Part shown: positions 36,101-48,200 of the stretch, one piece after another | Position numbering within the stretch: the first letter of the stretch is position 1 | Layout of the letters: each line of letters begins with the position of its first letter | From: Strigamia acuminata | Lineage: Eukaryota | NCBI GenBank assembly: GCA_949358305.1 | Contig: OX442314.1 | Location: 26,660,001 to 26,724,000, forward strand | Direction of reading: 5' to 3' | Length of the DNA stretch: 64,000 nt | The notes under the pieces: model-generated | Told to the model about the DNA's origin: nothing | Seen by the model: the letters and a program-made list of their open reading frames with translations, nothing else | The model's database searches: none | Position numbers and translations under genes: made by a program

Positions 36101-38995
36101 TGATAATGTTTTCTCGCGATTAACTAGTCGTACCTGTTTGTGTAATGATACTAATCCGGACAGGTAACTAATGGCTCGCTTTGCTATTAATTTTTTTTTG
36201 TTTTTTGTTTTTGAGTTGTTTTAAGCGTTTTTTGGATTGGTAAAGGAGGACTGCAAATAAAAGGCTTTTTTGTGGAAAATTTTGGTTTAAAAATTTTTAT
36301 TTTTAGGTGAAAAGAATTTAGTTTTATAAATGAAAATTGATTTGGTGACTTTTGTGAGTTTGTAACTAAAACAGTCGATTTTAATCATAAAACGTCAGTT
36401 CGTGCTCAAAAATCGTAAATTTTCTACGTATTTGCACCATAAAATTCAATTTTTTTGTGAAATTTGAATTTTTAATTAAACAACTGAATTTTTCTTTATA
36501 AAATTTAATTTACACTTAAATAAATTTAATTTTTACTGAAATAAATTAAATTTTTACTGAAATAAATTAAATTTTTACTGAAATAAATTAAATTTTTACT
36601 GAAATAAATTGATTTACACTTAAAAAAATTGATTTACACTAATAATTGTTGATTTACACTAATAATTGTTAATTTACACTAATAATTGTTAATTTACACT
36701 AATAATTGTTACTTTACACTAATAATTTTTAATTTGCACTAAAAAAAACTTATTTACAGTAAAAAAAAAATTCATTTACAGTAAAAAAAATTTATTTACA
36801 GTAAAAAAATTTAATTTACAATAATAACTTTTAATTTACATTTTAAAAAAATATTTAAAGCGCAATTTGCAGTATTTCTTTCCACTTCGTTCGATGTTTA
36901 ATGAAAATCTAATCTCGATAATAAATAATATTCTGTTAAATTCAAATAGAGGAATAATATCAGCCTACACTGGCAAAATGAGATCTGGTCCATTGGTTTG
37001 TACACACGTTGCTGAAGGACACAGCAAAGCTGTTTTATCAGTGGCAGCTACAGAAGACCTACTCTTCAGCTCTTCAAAAGGTAATTAAAACATTATTTAC
37101 CCGTATACATAAAATCCATTCTAACATTTAACATAATCGTGTCCCTAGATCGAACCGTCAAAGTGTGGGATCTCCAAAGCGGCCTGGAAGTCCAATCACT
37201 CGACAACCACCCGAGCAACGTCGTGGTCGTCAAATATTCCCCGCAATCTCAACTCGTGTTCAGCGTATCAGCATCCTACATCAAAGTATGGGATTTGAGA
37301 GAAAACCCATCAAAATGCGTCAAAACTTTAAGGTTCACCCAAAAAATCCAATTTTTGTTCCAAAAAAATTTTTTTTTTTAAATTTTTTTAATTAAAATTT
37401 TTTTTTTTTAGTTCTTCCGGTCTGAGTTCGGCAGGGTCATTTTTATCGACCAACTCCTTGCGATCGCAGCACAATTCGGCGAAAGAAACGCAAATCAACG
37501 ACATAGCGCTCACCCAAAGCGGCGTAACGCTCTTCTCGGCTTCTAGCAACACCGTGCGGATATGGGATCTGAGAAAGTAAAAATGTTTAAAATATTAACT
37601 TATTTTATTGGCGTTAAATTTATTTTAATCTCTTAGGTTCAACTGCGTGGGCAAATTGGGCGGCAGTCATCAGGCCGCGGTCATGTGTCTGACGGTGGAA
37701 CACGCGGCGAAAGATACGTGCATGGTTGTGACCGGTTCGAAAGATCATTACATCAAGGTTTTCTCCATCACGGAGGGAATTGGCGGCATGCACACGCCCA
37801 AATATAATCTCGAGCCGCCGCACTACGACGGGATTGAATCCCTAACTATGTGTGGAAAATATTTATTCTCAGGGTCACGTGATATGTGCATTAAGAAGTG
37901 GGATTTGGGTGAAAGTGGATTGAAGCAGGTGAGGTTGATTAGCGGGGCTGTGTGGTGGCAAGACGACCAAACGGATGAATATTTGTGTACACGATATTTT
38001 TGTCATTTTATTCATGAAATAAGGCCCATTTACAGGTCAAAATGTGTCATTTGAGTGTAAAAAAGCTTAATTTACATGTAAAATGTGTCATTTAAGTTTA
38101 AAAAAGCTTAATTTACATGTAAATTGTGTCATTTAAGTGTAAAAAAGCTTAATTTACATGTAAAATGTGTCATTTAAGTGTAAAAAAGCTTAATTTACAT
38201 GTAAAAAGGCTTTATTTACGTGTAAAATGGCTCCTTTGATTCATAAAAAGCCCATTTACATGCAATAAGTTTATTTTTGTTGCTATAATTGGATTTTCGT
38301 GCATAAAGATCCATTTTCTGGTTAGATGGTCTATTTTTGCGCCTAGAAAGTGCATTTTAGTCCGTTTCGGGCGTCATAATGTTTGCGCATAGTCCCTATT
38401 TGATAAAATTTAAAGGGATGTTAATGATTTATTTATTTATTTAGTCGATTAATCAAGCGCACAAGGACTGGGTGTGCGGTTTGTGCATTCTACCTGGCAA
38501 TCAAGTGTTGCTGAGCGGTTGTCGAGGCGGCTTTGTCAAGTTGTGGTCGGTGGAAAGCTGCGCTCAGATTTGCGAGATCAAGGCTCACGCCAGTCCTATA
38601 AATTCGGTTACTTCGAATTCCACGTCCGTGTTTACGGCATCCAGGTGAGTTTCACTCGCGATTTCAAGCGGTTAATAATGGCCATTTGTTTTGTAGTTTT
38701 GGTGAAGTCAAGATTTGGAGAATTTTACCCAAAATTGGCTCTGATACATTTTTTGAATTGAATTTATAGACATTTTGCACCAATTTACAAGATTTTAGAC
38801 AGATTTTAGTCAGATTTTAGACAGATTTTATTTTAATTTTTATTGTTTTTATTTATATTTTTGTTATTTTTATTGTTTTTATTATTTTTATTATTTATTT
38901 TATTTTATTTATTTATTTTTAGTGATGGTACAATTGGAGTATGGAAAATGAAAGGAAATATTTCAGAGTGTGGTGACTTCAATGATGTCAACTAA
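22520..38995 (+). CDS. KIF21: Kinesin-4 family KIF21A/B-like protein (N-terminal motor, coiled coil, C-terminal WD40), many exons
   Basis: [14 protein letters not shown] start; [46 protein letters not shown] and [26 protein letters not shown]40 blades with EPPHYDGIE and AHKDWVCGL. Distal last exon 38923-38995; alternative last exon 38697-38769. Confidence 0.95.
24800..24965. repeat. 21-bp tandem repeat (gcgagattaaagcgagaattt)
   Basis: About 6-7 visible copies in KIF21 intron 1. Confidence 0.85.
25718..25942. mobile_element. Decayed hAT-like MITE in KIF21 intron 1
   Basis: Ends CAGGGGGTACGACA / TGTCATATCCACTG (11/14 inverted match); flanking 8-mers agttacac / attaacac (6/8); subterminal GATTCG repeats. 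Confidence 0.55.
27385..27425. mobile_element. Minimal 41-bp piggyBac-like element
   Basis: TTAA-TCCTTTCACTG...CAGTGAAAGGG-TTAA. Confidence 0.65.
27976..28594. mobile_element. Harbinger-like non-autonomous element (~620 bp) in KIF21 intron 2
   Basis: Left end AGCTTAGT(ACAGT)ACTCGTAAG, right end CTTACGAGCACTAAGCT; flanks TAA/TTA; internal ACAGAA/TTCTGT motifs in inverted orientation. Confidence 0.6.
29140..29500. mobile_element. pogo/Tigger-like transposon end with an internally expanded 15-bp tandem repeat (cgaagttcgttatat)
   Basis: Right end ttcgttataacgaggtttgaccgta (reverse complement TA-CGGTCAAACCTCGTTATAACGAA); about 14 copies of the 15-mer at 29181-29390. Confidence 0.6.
31620..32030. 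repeat. 21-bp intronic minisatellite (aaataaatgcatttttgcgca)
   Basis: Tandem copies visible. Confidence 0.9.
33130..33500. repeat. Intronic minisatellite (tttgataaaatttggacattt-type)
   Basis: Tandem copies visible; source of the [13 protein letters not shown]s. Confidence 0.9.
34575..35430. repeat. ~31-bp intronic minisatellite (gtttaaaactagaaaataatgaattttcagt grading into gtttaaaaacgagaaaataatgaatttccac)
   Basis: More than 25 tandem units visible, with a sequence gradient along the array. Confidence 0.92.
36500..36840. repeat. 20-21-bp intronic minisatellite (aatttacactaataattgtt-type)
   Basis: Tandem copies visible. Confidence 0.85.
38035..38225. repeat. 41-bp intronic tandem repeat (aaaatgtgtcatttaagtgtaaaaaagcttaatttacatgt)
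   Basis: About 4 copies visible. Confidence 0.85.
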
Positions 38996-40470
38996 TATTT
39001 TAATTATTTTGTTTTATTTAATTTAATTATTGTTATTATTATTATTATTATTATTATCATTATTATTATTATTATTACTATTTCTATTTTGCTTATTTTT
39101 TAACAAACTAAAGAATCTTGAGTCTGTGATTTGTGAAATTAATATGTGAAAAAATAGGACTCCATTTTTGTATTAATTTTTATTTTTTAGTTTATATGGT
39201 TGTGATTGTATTAATATTAATTTAGATTGCTTAAATTATTAATTCAGCAGCTCTCAGTCAATCAAAAGATGTTATTTACTAAACAAAATCATCTTCCAGT
39301 TCAAATATTTTGATGTATAAATAGAAAACTATCAACTTGTTAGGAATTTTTTACGGTATTGAGATGAAAATAGACTATTTTGTCATTTTTTTTTTGAGGA
39401 ATAATAATTGTAAATATTTGTGTGTGGTTTATCTATATATTATATATAAATATATATATATATATCGTTAACCGTTTCTCTTTCTCTTTTTTTTTTTTTT
39501 ACTAATGTTAGAATTGTTGAAGTAAAAGTGTATAAGAAAGTGAAATTGTGATCTCAAATGTAATCACTATTTTAGTGGTCCAGTTGTTAAGAGAGTTGTT
39601 ATTGTGAAAGTAAAGTACATTCCAGTGTTGAATTAGTTGTTTATTTATTTACAGAGCTTTCAATTAGTTAAAATTTGGTTTTTATTTATCCGGACAACTG
39701 TGTGCGTTTACATGTCCCCAGTTTTCTGGTAAACATGACGCCACAAGTGAATTACCCATAATGCATTTTGATTATCTGGAACAACAAAATACGTCTATTT
39801 CAGCCCTTAAACAAATCAAATTTAGCTCGTGTAACTTCTCCCAAAAGCAAGAAGCATTAAAATTTGTTATACAACAAAGAAATATATCATTTTTGTTTAA
39901 AATTGATGCCATTTTTAATATGGGGTACGAAATGTTATGGTCAGTATGCACAGGTGTTTACTTGTAGTTTGCAATGCACAAAACGCCCAAAGTCTATTTC
40001 GTGCAACTGAAATTTCGTTTTCCGAAGAAGTCTGTCTTTACTGGTTGTAATACTAGGATTTTCACTAAAAATTAATTGCCATTTGTGGTATAAAAAAGCT
40101 AAAGCGCGATAATCTGCATCCCATCAAACTCCACTTATTAAAGCGTCGTGTCGCATGGATGCTTCACGGCATTACGCTGCTTTTCCAGAAGCGGCCCTAC
40201 AGCGCTTCACCACACGACAAAACGGTTTACACTTTCTGATGCTGGAGCTGGACGTCGGCAGTTTCTACACACAAGCATAATATTGTCGAATCCCATTACA
40301 AATACAGTAAAAAATTTAAAGTAAGTTATTAGTTATGCAGAATAAAGGATTTTTATTTACTTTTCGACGAATAAATACGACTTTTATTACAAAACATTCA
40401 GTAAAAACTCTTGAAAATGCATTAAAGTGTAGAGCGCCGTTGCTTCGATTAATTTTATTTCGTTACTTCA

Positions 40471-40534
40471 TCGCTAGATGTCGCTTGTAGTCAAAATGCA
40501 AGTTCCATGATGCACTTGTTGCAACTATAGCTAC
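40471..40534 (+). promoter_or_regulatory. Putative promoter module of leader-family gene 1: CTCF-like site + CCATGATGC + degenerate X-box
   Basis: TCGCTAGATGTCGCT (40471), CCATGATGC (40505) and GCAACTATAGCTAC (40521); same order and near-identical spacing as at 61560-61622. Confidence 0.5.
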
Positions 40535-40800
40535 CGGAACGATCAAAAAAAATGTTCCGGGCCTTTCGAAAACTCAAAATTTATTAGAAGTAGTTTTATT
40601 TTTCAGTTAAAAAAAAATGATACAAACACGGTGTCTTTATATTTTTTGGCTCAGCAAAATTGAATAATGTGACTCATTGACTTTGGTTTGAAATTGTAAA
40701 AACTAGGCGAGGAGCGAATTTTGGTTAGAAAATAGGCTTGCACAAAAAAAGCAAATTACAATGCCAGGAAATCAAGTGTAAACAAGGCCTTCTCTGAAAC

Positions 40801-43800
40801 ATGATTGGTGTTGTGCTCGCTCTAACGCATATTTTGTTCAGAATATTGGATCCAATATCGGCAGTATGGCGCAAAAGCTCGATAAGTAAGTTGGAAAATG
40901 GAGGGTTAGGCTTAGCTCAAAGTTAATGGGACAATTGTTATTTTTAAGCAAAATGGCTTTGTGAAATAGCTTTTCGTATGGATTGGTTTTGATTTTTGTG
41001 CACATGATTCAATTATCAATTACCGGTAATAAACAATCGATTATTAGGTGTAAAAAATTTATTTCTGCATGAAGTTAATTTTTACCCAAAAAGTGCAATT
41101 TTGTCAACAAAAAGTTCATTTTGAACACAAACACAAAGTTCAATTTTGACCACAAAGTTCAATTTTCACCCGCAAATTTTAATTTTTACTTAAAGATTTC
41201 AATGTTTACCGAAGAAATCAATTTTAGACCCAAAACAAAGTACCGATTTTAATTATTTCTCTTATTTTAATCTATAAATTTCAATTTTAATCCACAAAAT
41301 TCAATTTTAATCCACAAAATTCAATTTTAATCCACAAAATTCAATTTTAATTCTAAAAATTCAATTTTAACTCGTAAAGTCACATTTTAATCCACAAATT
41401 TCAATTTCAATCCACATATTTTAATTTTAATCCACATATTTTAATTTTACTTTACAAATTTCAATTTCAATCCACAAATTTCAATTTTAATCTCCAAAAA
41501 ACAAATTTTTTCCAAAAACATCCAATTTCTACCAAAAAAATTCAATTTTAAATAAGAAATAGTGCCATTTTAACCAAAAAATTACAATCTGGGCTCAAAA
41601 TAATTTAATTTCCGCCTTAAACTTCCAGTATTTGTTGTATTTTCAAGCTTCTAATTTCTAATATATCTTTTTAATTTATGCAGCTTCCAGCGACATCACG
41701 GCAGAAGGGGTTGGTGACATAATCAACACAACAAATGTTACTCAACCGGACCTTCAATCCCCAGAAGCTTCTCTCCTAGGAGTGAAACAGCCCTTAGGAG
41801 ATGAGGCGTCACAATCTCTTGGTCCAGTGACGACTGCCCCCAGATTTGAGGCACAAAGTCGGGCAACCGCACGATCTCATCTGACTCAACCCGTCATCAC
41901 AATAAATCCCTCTGGAATTACTCCGTCCGCTTATGCTGATACAAACATGAATTGGCCCGCTGCGCCATTTGTAGATCCGTGCGAGAACTTTGGACCCGGA
42001 CCGTGGCGAGAGATGGTCGCTGCCCGTGTGGCTTCTCTGCCAGCTCTCATGGGCTACGGTTGTTCGATGCAAGGTTATCCGGGAGGAAGTGCTTATGGAC
42101 CGGGCTACGGCGCTGTAACTGCCTTCGCTCCACCAGGTACACTTTAGCATTTTTCGGTGGCAAAATTGAATAAAAATTTGAATTTTAGGCGATAACAATT
42201 GCATCACTTGTGTTTTTGTGTACATAAGTATAAAATAAAAACGCATGTCTGTGTAAATCTAACATTTTAATGGATCATTTAGCAATCAATTAACATTTTT
42301 CTGTGTAAACTCGTGTAAAATTGCAATTATTTTAGCATTTTTGTGAAAATATGTGTAAAATTGCAATTATTTTAGCATTTTTGTGAAAATAGTGTAAAAT
42401 TGCAATTATTTTCGCTTTTTTGTGTAAAAATGTGTAAAAATGGAATTATTTTCGCATTTTTGTGTAAAAATGTTTAAAAATGGAATTATTTTAGCATTTT
42501 TGTGAAAATATGTGTAAAATTGCAATTATTTTAGCATTTTTGTGAAAATATGTGTAAAATTGCAATTATTTTCGCATTTTTGTGTAAAAATATGTAAAAA
42601 TGGAATTATTTTCGCATTTTTGTGTAAAAATGTTTAAAATTGCAATTATTTTAGCATTTTCATGTGTAAAATTGCATCATTTAAGCATTTTCATGTGTAA
42701 AAATGTAAAAAATTGCAATTATTTTAGCATTTTCATGTGTAAAAATGTAAAAAATTGCAACTATTTAAGCATTTTCATGGGTAAAAATGTAAAAAATTGC
42801 AATTATTTTAGTATTTTCATGTGTAAAAATGTAAAAAATTGCAACTATTTTAGCATTTTTATGTGTTAAAATGTTTAAAATTGCAATCATTTTAGCATTT
42901 TCTTGTGTAAAAATGTGTAAAATTGCATCATTTAAGCATTTTCATGTGTAAAAATGTGTAAAATAGCAATCAATCAAAACTATCATGCGTAAACGCACGT
43001 AAAATTGCAATTATTTTTTCGTTTTTACCCGTAAAAATGTGTAAAATATTAACCGATCAGCATTATCATGTTTATAACAACCTCAAATTCGCTTCTCACA
43101 AAATTCTATATTCCAGGACTGATCACAAACGGCTACCCTACACAACCACCAATGGGTTACGCAGCCGGCATGCCAATGGCAAGCATGGGTCCTCCAATGG
43201 GATGTTACTCAGGCTTAAACACACCACCATACACCACCCAAGCAATGGGACTCCCAAGTACACGTCCATTATCTCCAACCAGGATGCATCCACCTACCAC
43301 CTGCACACCAGCACCCCGAACCATCGTTCCATCCCAACATCTATCATGCTACGCCCCTGGAGCGATGTCCATGGCCCCGACGATGGCCCCGACGATGGCT
43401 CCGACGATGTCCCCGACGATGACTCACACCATGGGCGGCACGACTGCCGGCACCAAAACGGTCGCGGCGTCGTTCGTACCGCACGACTCTTCGCCACCCC
43501 CGATCGCCAAAAGCCACTACACCACGAACCAGAAGAAAAGCAAATACGAATCGGAACACGTGAGCACCATCACGAAGACGACGAAGAAATCGCCGACGCG
43601 CTCCACCTCCATCATACCCGCGCACCGGTGCGGCAAGTTGACGGGCTTCGAGGAATCGACGCCGCGCACCGACGGCAAGAACAACGGCAAGCGGTCCGTG
43701 ACGCCGACGCCGCGGACGTCGCGCGCGCCCACGCCGGTGTCGGGCTACTTCTCGACGCAGGACGGCTCGCACACGTCGACGCACATCGGACAGAAGAGCC

Positions 43801-44378
43801 AGATGGGCGGGAAAACTGCGGCGACGTCTTTCGCACCAACCACGATGGCGCGAACGCTGCACTCGCCGTCGCCCCCGCAGTCCGGCTACCACTCGCCGAC
43901 CCACTCGCCGACCCACTCGCCGACCCACTCCCCGCAGTCCGGCTACCACTCGCCGACCCACTCGCCGACGCACATAAGCAGCCCACAAGGCGCGAGTGTT
44001 TCGCAGTACGGGCCACGGAGCGGCTACCAGTCGCCCCCGATCCCGATGTCGAACATGCCGCACCCGAATATTGCGACTCCGGGGATGATGAACTCGGGCA
44101 TGTGCTCCCCCGGCGGAGCGTCGCCCGTGATGGGGCAGCAGTCGGGCATGGGAATGATGCAACCGATGATGCAACCGATGATGCATTCGTCTATGGCGGC
44201 GAGACCTATAGGAGCCACTATGGGAAGCCACATGGGGGCCCCTATGGCGAGCGCTATGGGGTGTCCTACGGGGTCGATGATGGGACAGTCGCCGCAGATG
44301 TCTCAGTGGATGAACTGCACGAATTTTGACGAGGGGTATGAGCAGTATCCCATAAGGTTGCCACTAAGAAATTGTTAA
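40801..44378 (+). CDS. Unassigned leader-family gene 1: ~599-aa Pro/Ser/Thr/Met/Gly-rich low-complexity protein; exons 40801-40885, 41684-42136, 43117-44378
   Basis: Exon 1 encodes MIGVVLALTHILFRILDPISAVWRKSSI then A|gtaagt; both introns are GT-AG phase 1 and join in frame (1800 nt); MAPT and HSPT repeats in exon 3. Confidence 0.75.
41270..41495. repeat. 20-bp intronic minisatellite (tcaattttaatccacaaaat)
   Basis: Tandem copies visible. Confidence 0.85.
42300..43050. repeat. ~41-bp intronic minisatellite (tgtgtaaaattgcaattattttagcattttt...)
   Basis: Tandem copies fill intron 2 of gene 1. Confidence 0.9.
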
Positions 44379-44744
44379 TAATTAATAATTGGAAATACCA
44401 CTTGGATCGAGATGTTTGGATGTGTTGAGGGAAGGGAGTCTAAATTGGTTAATTATTGCCTGGTAGGTTTTTCTGTTTAAATGGTCATTTTAAGATTGGG
44501 TTAATTGGGTTGGAAAGAAAGTAAGAGTTGTATGTTTTTGGGTTGGTTGATGGATATATCTTAGGATGAATTTGTTAATGTGTTCATTACAATTGAAATA
44601 TGTATAAATATATTTTAAATCCTACCGAAGGAAATAAAAGTGATTCAGTGGAGGTTTGTTTGTTTGTTTGTTTGTTTGGACATTTTCTGAGGAAAAATTT
44701 TTTTTGTTGTTTTTATTTACAACTATCAGTTGCTGATTTATCAA

Positions 44745-44965
44745 ATTTGCTGGATTTTTACTTGATTTACCAAGATTTTCATCTGATTTACCAGATTTAC
44801 CAAGATTTTCATCTAATTTATTAAAAGTTTTATCTGATTTATGAAAATTTTCATCCGATTTACAAATATTTGTTGGATTTTCGTCAGATTTACTAAGATT
44901 TTTTGGATTTTCGTCAGATTTACTAAGATTTTCTGGATTTTTATCATTTGATTTATCAGATTTTC
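44745..44965. repeat. Intergenic degenerate tandem repeat (gatttaccaagattttc-type)
   Basis: Tandem units visible. Confidence 0.75.
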
Positions 44966-45288
44966 TCGATTAACAAATCTCAAATCTTGTGGCACGTTCA
45001 AAAAATACGCCACAAACGCCTAAAAATCCCCTGTTGACGTAACAAACAAACAAAAAACAATCCCAGAATTCAATAGAAAAATAAACAGTCATTTGGTGAT
45101 TTTGTCTGTAATGGGACGCAAAATTTTAGAGTGAGTTTACAGAACTAGTATTCATTTAACAGACAACCAAGCGACATGAAACAGAAAATGATTGGAATGA
45201 CCTTGATTGCAAATGACACATTTCAAGAAAAGAAATGGAGATACACTATCGCGAAACGCATCACGAAGTTAAGCCTAACATCGACATA

Positions 45289-48200
45289 ATGATTGGAACT
45301 GCCCTTGTAGTCACCCAGATTGCTTTACGAATGATCTCCTTATTCACAGACACCGACGGACGCCTCGGACGTAAGCCCAACGATCCAACAAACGCAAAAT
45401 GCCACTATACGCAATTCTTTATTTGCAGGGCGGTATTTACCAGCGACCGAATTGCGACTGCGACAAGCGCAATCCAAAATTCTTGCCAGTACACAGACAT
45501 CATGTTCCCAATCAGACAGCGATGATTCACAATTAGTTTACCCCGAATCCATGTCAGATGGCGTAGTGAATAAAGCGCTCGATGCCATCGACGTGCTACG
45601 GAAAAGGGAAAAGGAGGACGATCCGGAAGAATTGCTTTCGTGTCAGCGAATAGAAGCTGGTTACGGCAGAGATATTGTGCGGAAACCAATAAAGAGAGAC
45701 GTTCCGACTGCAAATTATGCGCGCTTTAATACCAGACAACGAGTCCAAGCGACACGTAATCAAAGATCGGTTTCGGTTAGACCTGGTGGGTTCTTGAAAG
45801 TCAGTTAACCCTTTCACTGTCAAACCCGTAAATACACTTTGTGTCTGACACTGAGAGTCTGTGCATGCAAAAAATACCCGGCACTGAATGGGTTAAAAGT
45901 AAAAGATGTTATTAGGTGCAGGGTAGGTGCGACATATTTCTACCTGAGGCGAGCAAGGCATACGCCGCCCTTTTGAACAGTAAAAAAATTTTTTGTTGAA
46001 AAAATCGGTTTGTGCGCCCACAGATGCCGCCCCTAGAAATATGTCGCCTGAGGCGGCTGCCTGACCCCTCACTTTTACAAGTGAACGCAAAAAACGAACT
46101 TATACTCTGGCCATGCATAACTTGAGCCTAAATCCGAGCCTCATTACTCACTCTGTGCCACAGTCTCTATACTGTGCTCTGTGCTGCCACCAGGGAAAAT
46201 AGTTCAGAGTTTAATGCTTGCTTCTGGTGTTTGGATCTATTTTCTTGTATCACTACACCAGAGAAAAGGCTCGGATTTAGGCTCAAGTTATGCATGGCCA
46301 GAGTATAGTTCACTTTAAGAGTGAACTTGAACGAAGTTTGCGTTCACCATGTTTGACGATGAAAACGTAACTTTTTGTTGGGGCTCGACTGAGAGCAAAT
46401 TTAGTAGCAGGAAATTTCGATAGGTCGGGCCGTGGGAACAAATTTATACAGGGAAATCTGGATAGGTCGGACCGTGGTAATAAAAAAAAATTCAAAACGT
46501 TCCGGACCAGTCCACTAGAGCTTTTATGGCATGGCACTGTGTATTGTTCTATACTGTACGTATTTGTTCTGAATTAAGCGTGGTAGTAATCGTAATCTAT
46601 TTTGAATTTGCAGCATTAGCAAGAACAGCAGTGGCTGGTCCAAGTAGCAGAAGAGATGACTTTAAACCTGGTTCGCGAATTACGCTCAGTGCTGCCAAAT
46701 CTCGTTTTGGAACTTTAGCAACTTTTGGAAGTAAAGCCGACAAGTCTCGTAGAAAACACGGCATTCCCCCAGTAAAAACAATAGGAGCTGTTCGGATGGT
46801 TCGAAGCATAATGGAAAATCCATCCACAGACGACGACGACGACATGGAAACAGCATCAGTACATTATTTGAAAGCTGCAAAGTCCTCATCAACTGGTCGT
46901 TTGGTAGCTGCTTCAGTGGCTGCTGTAGCTGCCAGAATCACAGCGGCTCGATCGGTCAACGCCAGCTTTACAACATTACCAATGTCTTCCAGCGACACAG
47001 ATTCGTTGCACAAACTTACTTTGGGTCACAATTCGATGCCCTGGCTTTATCCATCGTTAAGGAGAAGAATTTCAACAACACCTGAATCAGAAGAGCAAAA
47101 GCCATACCAAAATGCAGGACCCTCTTGGAGAAAAGATAATGTTGGCAGGACCAATAATGTTGGCAGGACCAATAATGTTGGCAGGACTAATAAAGTCGAC
47201 AGGACTAACTTAAAAGACAAAGGGAATGTGGATGACAAAATGAGTAGTCAAGATTTCTCTATTCCCACAACTTCAATAGGAATAGGTGTGAAGAATGGCA
47301 ATAAACTCTATCCTTCTCCGGTAACGTCAGTGTCTAGTGAACAACGCTTGCGAAAGCTAGAAATCGGTTTTGTTGGGGAGAACGACAATTCAGACAATTC
47401 TCTGACAAAAAAGGTAACCGTAGACCAAACGAATAGCACATGCTCAGTGATTGAAAATGATTCGGTAAATAGTTACAAGCCGTTGGAAATCTATGCCAGT
47501 AAAGATCAGGAGGAACAACGATTGCTTCCTGAAAACAAAATCCCGCATATTAGAGATTCCATAGAAACTGCAAAAAGTTTTCTGAAAAGGCCAAAATCCA
47601 ATCAATGCTTCATGGACAAAAGTGGCCAGAAGAATGTGGATAATGGATTGCTGACAATGGCCCAAAGCAGTGGCAGACTGTTAGATCAAACCATCCGGAC
47701 CAGATGTCAGTTACCATTCTCCTCGCAGAGTGATAAAAACCTCGCTATGGTTGATGAAGATGTGGAGGAAAGACAACAGCATTATCCCACTCCACTGCTA
47801 AGCCGCGAGTCTTCGCAAGTGAACAGTTCTTTTGCATCTGTTGAAGAAACTTCGCATCCAAAGGCCGGCGGAGGAAATGCGTTGCTGACGGATGGCATAC
47901 CGCACCACAAATATGGGGCTGCATCATCAACGGTTAAGCAAAAGAATAGGACTTTCTACAATCGGTTGTTTTCGGCAAACAACGAACCGGCTTTGACCAC
48001 TTCAGTACCAAGCAGAGAGAGCGTAGTATCGTCTCCTTTGGATGCGGATAGAAGTACCATCACACTGACCCAAAGCGCCAAAAGTTCATTAACTATTTCC
48101 AATACTGGGAATAATGCATTGAAGTTTAATCAAACCGGTGAAAGTTTGTTGTCTTTTGAAGGAGGTTTCAATCGTTATTTCTCTATGAGAGAAAGTGAAA

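Noticed and set aside
39680..40400. Moderately GC-rich stretch after KIF21 as a gene or transposon
   Set aside because: No convincing ORF, splice pattern or paired termini could be established by eye.
40866..40885. Alternative start MAQKLD spliced to the acceptor at 41690
   Set aside because: Frame-compatible, but the ATG at 40801 is upstream, uses the first AG (41683) and matches the family leader. It could still be a minor isoform.
43037..44329. 430-aa overlapping ORF in a second + frame, and a 295-aa antisense ORF, over gene 1 exon 3
   Set aside because: G/C-ending codons in the main frame make stops rare in the shifted and antisense frames; its start lies in an intronic satellite and the splice phase fits the other frame.
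46526..46613. ORF-track N-terminus MAWHCVLFYTVRICSELSVVVIVIYFEF as a signal peptide of the giant protein
   Set aside because: It ends at a good acceptor (tttgcag, 46613) that is phase-compatible with the upstream exon, so it is more likely translated intron.
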